From positions 64,001 through 128,000 of the forward strand of contig JAVJQW010000046.1 in NCBI GenBank assembly GCA_040218735.1: 64,000 nt of DNA, read 5' to 3'. A program made the translations under genes and the position numbers. Under the pieces are notes generated by a model, which did no database searches, was not told the origin of the DNA, and saw nothing but the letters and a program-made list of their open reading frames with translations. Source of the DNA: Deltaproteobacteria bacterium (GTDB lineage Bacteria; Myxococcota; Kuafuiibacteriia; Kuafuiibacteriales; Kuafuiibacteriaceae). Numbering within the stretch: the first letter of the stretch is position 1; each line of letters starts with the position of its first letter. Below are positions 9,026-18,409 of the stretch, piece after piece.

Positions 9026-10503
9026 CCACCCTCGCGGAGACGTTCGAAGCGGCGGCGCAACGTGCGCCCGACCGCGATGCGCTGGTGTTCGCCCACGGCG
9101 CGGTCACGTACGGCGAGCTTCGCGCGCGTGTCTACGGCGCGGCGCGTGCGCTCGAAGGCAAGACCCGCGTGGCGATCGTCGCGGGCTCGACGGTGGAGGC
9201 GCTCGCGGTGTTCTGGGGCGCGCAGTGGGCGGGCGCGGAGACGGTCGACGTCCCGCTCCATGTCGGCGCCGACGCGATCGCGAAGATGCTCGAAGAAGCG
9301 CGCCCGGACGCGATCGTCACCGACGCCGCCAACCAGCACCTCGTCCCGGAGGCGCGCGCGGTGCTCGACGCCGATGACGTCGCGGCGCCCGGTGAACCCG
9401 TTTCTCGCACGCCGCGCGCTGCGACGGACGTCGCGCACATCATCTACACGTCGGGCACGACGGGCACGCCGAAGGGCGTGATGTTGTCGCACGAGAACCT
9501 CCTGTTCGACGTAGAGGCCGCGGCGGTGCGGATGCCGCTCGAAGAGGGATCGCGCCTGCTGATCGTGGTGCCGATGTTCTTCATCCACGGGCGGATGCAG
9601 CTGATCGCGCACACGCGCGTCGCGGGGACGCTTTGTTTCTCGCGCGGCTTTCGGTTCCCGCGGAAGGTCGTCGAAGAGCTCGCGCAGCATCGCGTGCACG
9701 GGATGTCGGGCGTACCGTTTCACTTCGCCACGCTCCTCACGCGGACGCGGATCGCCGAGGCGAGCCTCCCGGATCTTCGCTACGTGTTGGTCACCGGCGG
9801 CGCGCTCGACGCGCGCATGATGGGCCGGCTGCGGCGCGCGTTGTCGGGGATCGAAATCCACACGGCGTACGGTTCGACGGAAGCGTCGCCGCGCGTGTGT
9901 CACGCCTCCCCCGCGGAGCTCGCGGCGCGCCCGTCGACGGCGGGGCGCGCGCTCCCGGGCGTTACGATCGAAGTGCACGCGAGTGACGGACTGCCGGTGC
10001 CGAACGGCGGCCTCGGCCAGGTCGTCGTCAGGGGCCCCAACGTGATGGTCGGCTACGTGTCGGGCGACGAACGAACGTCCGGTCGCATCGACGAATCAGG
10101 CGCGCTCCACACCGGTGACCTCGGTCGCCTCGACGCCGACGGCTACCTGTTCCTGTCCGGCCGCCTCTCGGAGATGATCAAGACGGCGGGTGAGCGTGTC
10201 TTCCCGCGTGAGATCGAAGCGGTCCTCGAGCGGCACCCCGCCGTCCTCGAAGCCGCCGTCGTCGGGCTCCCGGACCGTGTCCTCGGCGAGCGCATCGTCG
10301 CGTTCGTCGTCCCGCGCCCCGGTCAGACCGCGGCCCCCGCGGCGCTGGCCGAGCACGCCCGCGCCTGGCTCCCGTTCGTGCGCAGCCCGCGCGAGGTCTT
10401 CGTGGTCGAGGCCCTCCCGAAGACCGCCTCGTCCAAGCTCCGCCGTAACCATCTGATTGCACTGGCGCAATCAGAAGCGTTCAGGAACGCGCAACAAGGG
10501 TAG
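9022..10503 (+). CDS. AMP-binding acyl-CoA synthetase (class I adenylate-forming)
   Basis: YTSGTTGTPKG, YGSTE, TGDLG and GR-x-x-EMIK motifs, and LPKTASSK. Confidence 0.9.
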   Translation: MTTLAETFEAAAQRAPDRDALVFAHGAVTYGELRARVYGAARALEGKTRVAIVAGSTVEALAVFWGAQWAGAETVDVPLHVGADAIAKMLEEARPDAIVTDAANQHLVPEARAVLDADDVAAPGEPVSRTPRAATDVAHIIYTSGTTGTPKGVMLSHENLLFDVEAAAVRMPLEEGSRLLIVVPMFFIHGRMQLIAHTRVAGTLCFSRGFRFPRKVVEELAQHRVHGMSGVPFHFATLLTRTRIAEASLPDLRYVLVTGGALDARMMGRLRRALSGIEIHTAYGSTEASPRVCHASPAELAARPSTAGRALPGVTIEVHASDGLPVPNGGLGQVVVRGPNVMVGYVSGDERTSGRIDESGALHTGDLGRLDADGYLFLSGRLSEMIKTAGERVFPREIEAVLERHPAVLEAAVVGLPDRVLGERIVAFVVPRPGQTAAPAALAEHARAWLPFVRSPREVFVVEALPKTASSKLRRNHLIALAQSEAFRNAQQG

Positions 10504-10549
10504 GTTCGAGTGCGATAACTCCTTCAGGCGGGCAGACCAGCTGGTCTGC
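10491..10549 (+). promoter_or_regulatory. Candidate alternative-sigma promoter (GCAAC-N17-CGATAAC) followed by an 18-bp perfect palindrome
   Basis: GCAAC at 10491, CGATAAC at 10513-10519, GCAGACCAG|CTGGTCTGC at 10532-10549, then a GGGAGG SD before ATG 10566. Confidence 0.35.
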
Positions 10550-10565
10550 AGCCGGGAGGGGTCGA

Positions 10566-11051
10566 ATGCTGAAGAACCTGATGTCGATGCCGTTCGTCGT
10601 GGGCCGCGAGATGATGGACGCCGCGACCGGAGGCAATCGGGTCCACGTCGACACCACGCACCACGTGCAGGGCGACTCGGCGTCGCGCTGGGCGGACGAC
10701 TTCTCTCGGGACCCGACACGAATCTCTCCGATGGCGCACGACACGCAGCGCGTCGGCGGCACGACCTACGGTCGTCCGTTCCCCGGCGCGCCGCAGATCG
10801 GGATCGAAGTGAAGGCGCGTCACGACGAGACACTCGCCGACGGGCGTCAGCGCACGCGCCTCGACGTGCAGTACCGCGGCGGCTTCGAAGGTCCCGGATC
10901 GATCACCGTCGAAGAGGACGGTCGCGGCGGACTATCCGTGCGCGATCGTTGGGACGGTGTCCGCAATCGATCCATGATCCCCAGCCGCGCGGCGGAGATG
11001 GGACACCCGCTCGTCGCCGGGATGGGTTTTTCGCAGTTCGGGAAAAAGTAG
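10566..11051 (+). CDS. Hypothetical protein (161 aa)
   Basis: Good SD (GGGAGG) and typical codon usage. No family recognised with confidence. Confidence 0.65.
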   Translation: MLKNLMSMPFVVGREMMDAATGGNRVHVDTTHHVQGDSASRWADDFSRDPTRISPMAHDTQRVGGTTYGRPFPGAPQIGIEVKARHDETLADGRQRTRLDVQYRGGFEGPGSITVEEDGRGGLSVRDRWDGVRNRSMIPSRAAEMGHPLVAGMGFSQFGKK

Positions 11052-11092
11052 TCTCACCGATCCGGGGACCGCGACGGCGCGTACCCCCGAAG

Positions 11093-12592
11093 ATGAAGCT
11101 CCTCCGCACAACGCTACTGACACTCCCTCTCTGTATCGTCGCTTGCTCGGGCGGTGACGACGACGGCGGTGACGACACCACGGTGACACCGCTCCCCGAC
11201 GCGCCGCTCGGCGGCAACCACGCGCTCGCGCAGTTCCCGACCGGGTACAACGACGCGTTCACGTACACGACGACCGTCGACAAGGAGTCCAACAACCAGG
11301 TCCGCGACATGTACGCGAACGACGTCGCCATCAACAGCGCGTCCGGCGCCGAGCTCGGCCGCGGCTCGGTCATCGTGATGGAGATCCACGGCGCCAAGGT
11401 CGACGGCGACGGCAACCCGATCCTCGACGCGCGCGGTCGGTTCATCCGCGACAGCCTGAACATCGTCGCCGTCATGGAGAAGCAGGAAGGCTTCGGCAAG
11501 TACAGCGCGGCCACGAAGAACGGCGAGTGGGAGTACGCGTTCTACAACCCGGACGGCACCAAGCTCGAGAGCGAAGCGGACTGCTACGGCTGCCACCTCG
11601 AGAACACGGGCGCCGCCACCGACTTCGTCTTCTCGATCGATGGCCTGCGGAGCCCCGCGTCCGTGACCGCCGCACCGAACGGCGGTGACCCGACGAAGGT
11701 CACGTACCCCGCCGACTACGAGAGCACGTTCACGTTCACGACCACCGTCGACAAGGCGTCCAACAACCAGGTGCGCGACGTCTACGCGAACGACACGGCG
11801 ATCGGCAGCGCCGCCTCCGAGGTCCTCGCCCGCGGCTCCGTCCTCGTCATGGAGGTCTACGGCGCGCAGCTCGACATGGACGGCAACCCGGTCCTCGACG
11901 AGAACGGCCGCTACACACGCGGTGAGCTAGCGGTCGTCGCGGTGAGCGAGAAGCTCGAAGGTAACGGCCAGTACCGCCCCGACTCGCGCAACGGCGAGTG
12001 GGAGTACGCGTTCTTCTCCCCGAGCGGCGAAGGCATCAACCCCGACGCCGACTGCTTCGGCTGCCACCTCGAGAACACTGGCACCGCGACCGACTTCATC
12101 TTCACGCGCGACGCGCTCTCGAACCCGGGCACGAAGATGCTCCCCGCGGCGCCCGTCGGCAGCAACACGGCGCTCGTGCAGTTCCCCGAGGAGACGGAGA
12201 GCTTCACGATGATCACCTCCGTCGACAAGGCGTCGAACAACCAGGTGCGCGAGATCTTCGCGAACGACGTCGCGATGACCACGGCGACGGGCGAGGCGCT
12301 CCCGCGCGGCTCGATCCTCCGCATGGACATCTACGCCGCGATCCTCGACGGCAACGGCGACCCGATGCTCGACGGCAACGGTGCGTTCATGAAGGGCGAC
12401 CTCGCGGTCATCGCGATCTCGCACAAGAAGAAGGGCTACGGGCAGTACTCGGCCAACCGCAACGGCGAGTGGGAGTACGCCTTCTTCACGCCGATGGGCG
12501 AGCCGATGGAGAGTGAAGCGGACTGCTACGGCTGCCACGCGATGAACGCGGGCGAGAGCATGGACTTCATGTTCTCCCGCGACGACCTGTAG
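11093..12592 (+). CDS. Lipoprotein with three tandem cytochrome P460/c'-beta family domains
   Basis: Lipobox IVAC. Three repeats, each with R-x-x-(Y/F)AN, GS-x-x-x-M(E/D), NGEWEYAF and CxxCH (CYGCH, CFGCH, CYGCH). Confidence 0.85.
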   Translation: MKLLRTTLLTLPLCIVACSGGDDDGGDDTTVTPLPDAPLGGNHALAQFPTGYNDAFTYTTTVDKESNNQVRDMYANDVAINSASGAELGRGSVIVMEIHGAKVDGDGNPILDARGRFIRDSLNIVAVMEKQEGFGKYSAATKNGEWEYAFYNPDGTKLESEADCYGCHLENTGAATDFVFSIDGLRSPASVTAAPNGGDPTKVTYPADYESTFTFTTTVDKASNNQVRDVYANDTAIGSAASEVLARGSVLVMEVYGAQLDMDGNPVLDENGRYTRGELAVVAVSEKLEGNGQYRPDSRNGEWEYAFFSPSGEGINPDADCFGCHLENTGTATDFIFTRDALSNPGTKMLPAAPVGSNTALVQFPEETESFTMITSVDKASNNQVREIFANDVAMTTATGEALPRGSILRMDIYAAILDGNGDPMLDGNGAFMKGDLAVIAISHKKKGYGQYSANRNGEWEYAFFTPMGEPMESEADCYGCHAMNAGESMDFMFSRDDL

Positions 12593-13379
12593 AGCCGTCC
12601 CGGTAGAGGTCGACGAGGCTCCCCATCACTTCGAGGCCGAGCAGTCGACCGTCGACACGAACCACCTCGCGGCGCTCCGGCGTGGCGTCTTCCAACCCAC
12701 GTTCGAGCGCGGCGAGGTGCACGTCGATGACGTCCCGCGCGCTCGCGTACGACGCGCTCAGATCCGACGCGAGGCGCCGGATCCCTTCGCGGGGACGGGG
12801 GCGCTGCTGCGTCACGTGGTCGAGGTACTCCTCGAGGAGCGCGAGGTACCGTCCGACGAAAGTTTCGTAGGACTCCGGATCGCGTTCCTCGAAGGAGGGG
12901 GCCCCGCTCCGCGCGGACGTCGCCGTGTCCTCCGTCCGCGATACGGCCCGGAGCCGAACCAGGGCCGCTTCGAGGTCCTCGAGGCGTTCCTCTCGCGACC
13001 GAAAGAGCGCGTACCCGATGGCGCGCCGGAGCTGGGACGAGCTCAGCTCCGACTTCGGAAGGTAGTCGTGTGCGCCGGCCGCGAGGCACTCCAGGCCGTC
13101 GTCGGTGGAGATCCTGCCCGTGAGCACGACGATCGGCTGGCGGCACGCCTGGCTCACCGCCGTCACGGTCTTCGTGCCATCGCTGTCGGGGAGCCCGAGG
13201 TCGAGGAGGATGACGTCGGCCCGCTCCGCGTGGGCGGTCGAGAGCGCCTCCGCCAAGGATCTGGCGGCGGAGATCTCGAACTGCGGTGAATGATCCTTCA
13301 GGTACCGCGTGATGAGCGCGGCGTCCGCCGGGTTGTCCTCGACGAGCAGCACGCGCGTCGTCTCGGGCGCAGTCTGCAT
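12567..13379 (-). CDS. Response regulator: receiver plus KaiA-C/RsbU-N-like helical output domain
   Basis: Canonical REC (LLVED, LLDLGLPD, LTG, YLPK). C-terminal DVIDVHL...DGRLLGLEVMGSLVDLYR. Confidence 0.8.
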   Translation of the reverse strand: MQTAPETTRVLLVEDNPADAALITRYLKDHSPQFEISAARSLAEALSTAHAERADVILLDLGLPDSDGTKTVTAVSQACRQPIVVLTGRISTDDGLECLAAGAHDYLPKSELSSSQLRRAIGYALFRSREERLEDLEAALVRLRAVSRTEDTATSARSGAPSFEERDPESYETFVGRYLALLEEYLDHVTQQRPRPREGIRRLASDLSASYASARDVIDVHLAALERGLEDATPERREVVRVDGRLLGLEVMGSLVDLYRDGSTGRRGRT

Positions 13380-13456
13380 CCTGCGACGATTACGTACCCT
13401 GTCCCGCGCCTTCGTCAAGGTTCCCCCGCTCGCGTCGTGTAAGCTCGGGGACGCAC

Positions 13457-14059
13457 ATGGACGCCATCGACGACGCCAAGGCCCTCATGAAGAAACACGC
13501 CGCGAGCGCGCTCGCGCGCAAGGAGGAGCTGGATGGTCAGCTCGAGAAGCTCGTCGCGCAACGCACCGAGCTCGACGAGAGCCGCGCCGCCGCGGAGTCG
13601 GCGGGGGCCTCGGAGCTCCTCGCCGAGATCGACGAGGTTCGCGGCACGCTCGGCGCGAAGATCGAATCGATGGAGGAGCAGATCGCGATCGCCGCGAACA
13701 CCGTCGACGACATCGTGCAGCAGATGAACGACCTGGAGGGCTCGCGGTCGACGTTGGAGCGCGACGCGCTGATGGCGAAGGTCCAGGCGCTCTCCACCAC
13801 CGACGGCTTCTCCGTGGATCCGGTGGATCGCGCGCTGTCGAACGTGCGCGATCACGCCGCGTCGCTCGATGCGCAGGCCGGTGTCGCCGACGTCGGTCTC
13901 GATCCGCAGACCCGCGCGAAGCTTCGCCAGCTCGAAGAGGACAAAAAAGAGGCGGGGCTGCGCGCGCAGCTCGAGGCGCTCAAGGCGAAGAAGCGCGAGG
14001 CGAGCGCGCCGAAGGACGACGACGACGACCCGACGAAGAAGCCGAAACGAACGATGTAG
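13457..14059 (+). CDS. Coiled-coil protein, PspA/IM30-like
   Basis: All-helical heptad pattern, ending in LRAQLEALKAK as in PspA C-termini. Confidence 0.55.
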   Translation: MDAIDDAKALMKKHAASALARKEELDGQLEKLVAQRTELDESRAAAESAGASELLAEIDEVRGTLGAKIESMEEQIAIAANTVDDIVQQMNDLEGSRSTLERDALMAKVQALSTTDGFSVDPVDRALSNVRDHAASLDAQAGVADVGLDPQTRAKLRQLEEDKKEAGLRAQLEALKAKKREASAPKDDDDDPTKKPKRTM

Positions 14060-14061
14060 GC

Positions 14062-15384
<1,323 letters not shown>

Positions 15385-15427
15385 CGCGCGCCCCTGTAGG
15401 GGAGCGGGGCGGCGGGATCAATCGGTT

Positions 15428-17608
15428 TCAGGAGAGCTCAGTGCTGCCGCCGCGTTCGGTGACCAGCGCCTCGAAGGCCCCCTCGTCGATGATCTCGGTC
15501 CCCAGCTTCCTCGCCTTTTGCGCCTTCGACGACGTGGAGCTCGCATCCGAGAGGACGAGGTAGGTCAGCCCCTTCTTCACGCCCGCCGAAACGACGCCGC
15601 CGTTGTTCTCCACGATCGCCTGCAGCTCCTTGCGCGGCCTCGACGCCGGCCCCGAAAAGCAGAACGACAACCCCGCCAAGGGGCCCGACTCCTCGAGCGT
15701 CGTGGTCCGAACCCCCACCGCCTGCAGCCGTTCGATCTCCTCTTTGCGCGACGCGAGGCCGGTGAGGATCTTGTCCGCCTTGATCGACCCCAACCCCTCG
15801 ATCTCCGCGAGCGACTCCGGCGACGCCTCGAGGATCGCGTCGACCGACTCGAAGCCCGCCCCCAAGAGTAGCTTCGCCGTCTCCTTCGACACCGACGGGA
15901 TCCCCAGCGCCGCGATGAACGTCGGCAGCGGCAGCTCCTTCTTCTCCGCGAGCGGCGCGAGTAGCTTCTGCGCCGACAGCTCCCCGTACCCGGAGAGCCC
16001 CGCGATGTCGTCCACGGTCAGCCGGTACAGGTCGGCGGGCTCGGCGACGAGGTCTTCGTCGAGGAGGCGCACGAACGTCTTCTCCCCCCACTCGAGCAAC
16101 CCGAGGTGTTTGACCCAGGTCTTGAGCCGCCCGAGCCGGCGCGCCGGGCACATCAGGTTCTCACACACGAGGTATTCGCCCGAGACGGCCACCGGCTCGC
16201 CACACGCGGCGCACGCGGTGGGCGCCTCCTCCTCGTTCGGCCCGTGCACGACGACCTTCTCCACGTACGGGATCACGTCGTTGCGCCGCGACACGAGCAC
16301 CTGATCGCCCACGCCGATCTGCATCGAGCGCACCTTCGCGATGTTGTGCAAGCTGGCTTGCCGAACCTCGGCCCCCGCCAGGAACACCGGATCGATCTGC
16401 GCGATGGGGGTGATGCGCCCGGAGTCGCCGGTGCTCCACTGAATCCCGCGCAGCGTCGTCACCTGCATCTCGTTGCCGAACTTGAACGCCACCGCGGCGC
16501 GCGGTCGGTGGTTGAGCTCGCCGAGGAGGTGGAACGTACGCAGCCGATTCGCACGCACGACGAGCCCGTCGATCTCGTAGTCGAGCTTCGCGCGTTTTTC
16601 GTCTTCGTAGTGTTTCCAGATCGCGATCATCTGCGCGACGTCACCGAAGTCGACGTACGGCGTCGCGAACCCCTGCTTCACGATGAAGTCGAGTTTGTCC
16701 TTCTCGTCCTCGAGCCCCTCCACGCCCTCCACGTCGTAGAAGAGGATCGTGAGCATCGGGCACCCGGGGAGCAGCTTCGGGTCCTTCGTGCGCGCGATAC
16801 CCGCCGCCGTGTTGCGCAGGCTCTTCACCACCGTGAACTTCGGGTCGACGCGTTTCTTGTGCTCGGCGAAACGCTCCGCGTCCTTCTTCGTCAGGATGAT
16901 CTCACCGCGCACCGAGATGCGCCCTTCGTGCGGGATGTGGCTCGGCACGCCCTGCATCTTCTCGACGTTCGGCGTGATGCGCTCCCCGACGATGCCGTCG
17001 CCGCGCGTGATCGCGGCTTCGATCTCCCCGTGGTCGTAGAGCACCTCGATCGAGATGCCGTCGAGCTTCTCCGTCACGGAGAGGTCGTCGGCGGTCGGCT
17101 CCAGCTCCGCGGCCTCCGCGAGCTCGTCGCAGCGCGCCGCCCAGTCCGTGAGCTCCTGCTCCGTGTTGACCTTGTTGAGCGATCCCATCGGGATCTCGTG
17201 CGCCGCCTTCACCCAGTCACGACCGCGCGGCGGCACCACCCGCGCGAGCGTCGGGTGCTCGGGCGCGGCGCGCTCCAGCGCGACGTACAGGCCGAGGTAC
17301 ATCTTCGGGTCGGCGGTCTTGCCGGCGTAGAAGCGGTTCTGCTCGCTCCGCAGCCGCGTCGCGAGCGCGTCGGCATCGCGATCCTCGACGAGCGCGGCCG
17401 CCTCCGACTCCTGCTCGGCATTCGCCGCTTCGTCGGCGGGCGCCGCGCCGACCTCACCCAGCACCTCGTGGTCGGGAGCGAGGCTGCGCAGCCGATCCTC
17501 GAGCGCGTCGAACTCCGCGTCGGTGATGTCGGGTTCGTCGTTGTAGTAGCGATCCCGATGATGGCGGATCTGCTCGGCGAGGCGTGCGATGGTCTCGGCG
17601 TCCGACAC
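15428..17608 (-). CDS. ligA: NAD-dependent DNA ligase
   Basis: EKLDG, TRGDG, RGE, RN-x-AAG, YEIDG and AFKF motifs, C4 Zn finger, HhH repeats and BRCT. GTG start chosen because TACGGT lies 9 nt upstream. Confidence 0.95.
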   Translation of the reverse strand: MSDAETIARLAEQIRHHRDRYYNDEPDITDAEFDALEDRLRSLAPDHEVLGEVGAAPADEAANAEQESEAAALVEDRDADALATRLRSEQNRFYAGKTADPKMYLGLYVALERAAPEHPTLARVVPPRGRDWVKAAHEIPMGSLNKVNTEQELTDWAARCDELAEAAELEPTADDLSVTEKLDGISIEVLYDHGEIEAAITRGDGIVGERITPNVEKMQGVPSHIPHEGRISVRGEIILTKKDAERFAEHKKRVDPKFTVVKSLRNTAAGIARTKDPKLLPGCPMLTILFYDVEGVEGLEDEKDKLDFIVKQGFATPYVDFGDVAQMIAIWKHYEDEKRAKLDYEIDGLVVRANRLRTFHLLGELNHRPRAAVAFKFGNEMQVTTLRGIQWSTGDSGRITPIAQIDPVFLAGAEVRQASLHNIAKVRSMQIGVGDQVLVSRRNDVIPYVEKVVVHGPNEEEAPTACAACGEPVAVSGEYLVCENLMCPARRLGRLKTWVKHLGLLEWGEKTFVRLLDEDLVAEPADLYRLTVDDIAGLSGYGELSAQKLLAPLAEKKELPLPTFIAALGIPSVSKETAKLLLGAGFESVDAILEASPESLAEIEGLGSIKADKILTGLASRKEEIERLQAVGVRTTTLEESGPLAGLSFCFSGPASRPRKELQAIVENNGGVVSAGVKKGLTYLVLSDASSTSSKAQKARKLGTEIIDEGAFEALVTERGGSTELS

Positions 17609-17767
17609 GGCCGAGGGACCGTAGCCAAAACCGCTTCGGGTGACACTAGGGTCCATTATCTGTAGGCCCACCGGACCTTTACAGATGACACCGTCGCTTT
17701 CGTGCGGACCGAATACGCGCGGCGGCCACATTGACGGGACCGAATGCGATCCGCACGTTCGAAGTCC

Positions 17768-18400
17768 ATGACTACACACTCGAGCTACCAACCCTCCTCC
17801 GCCCGCCTCTGGATCGCGTCGGCCTTCGCGGCCTCGGTCTTGGTCGGCGGCCTCGCCCTGTCGCAGCACGAAGCCGATGCGCACGGTCGGGGCCGGCCGG
17901 TCCACCGGTTCGACGTAGCCTCCGACGGCGCGACATTCCGGGTCGACGGCCCCCTCGACGCGAACGGTCTACCGCAGTCGGGGGCCCACTTCGTCATCGA
18001 AGGCCTCATCTACCCCGCCGGCTTCTTCGATACCTTCGGAGCCAACTCGGGCTTCAACGCGGATGGCACGCCGCAGTTCCCGAACCAGGTCGTCGGCCGC
18101 TGGACCTGCCGTGGTTGGTTCATCCAGGACGGCTTTCCGGGGGGGACCGGAAACTTCGTCGCGACGACGCAGCTGTACGACTTCGATCTGAGCGACAGCG
18201 GAAGCCAGATGCTGGTGAGCGACGGGTTCGAGCGCATCGACTTCAACGTGCCGTACTCTCGCCCGATCACCGGCGGCACCGGCCGATACGGGCGTGAGCG
18301 GGGTGAGGTCCTGGAGACCGCTCGCGGCTTCAACGCGACCGGCTTCTTCAACCTGAGCTTCGACTTCGGTCGTCGCCCCGGTCCGCTGCCCGCGCCGTAG
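17768..18400 (+). CDS. Secreted protein, dirigent/allene-oxide-cyclase-like beta barrel (tentative)
   Basis: Signal peptide ending in ADA. C-terminal RPITGGTGRY-x-x-x-RGEV resembles the dirigent/AOC signature. Confidence 0.55.
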   Translation: MTTHSSYQPSSARLWIASAFAASVLVGGLALSQHEADAHGRGRPVHRFDVASDGATFRVDGPLDANGLPQSGAHFVIEGLIYPAGFFDTFGANSGFNADGTPQFPNQVVGRWTCRGWFIQDGFPGGTGNFVATTQLYDFDLSDSGSQMLVSDGFERIDFNVPYSRPITGGTGRYGRERGEVLETARGFNATGFFNLSFDFGRRPGPLPAP

Positions 18401-18409
18401 CGTGTGTCC

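Noticed and set aside
9022-10503. AMP-binding enzyme as part of an NRPS or biosynthetic cluster
   Set aside because: No carrier protein, condensation domain or tailoring genes nearby.
10457-11092. N-terminal extension of the triple cytochrome ORF
   Set aside because: It overlaps a better ORF (10566-11051), and the lipoprotein signal starts at 11093.
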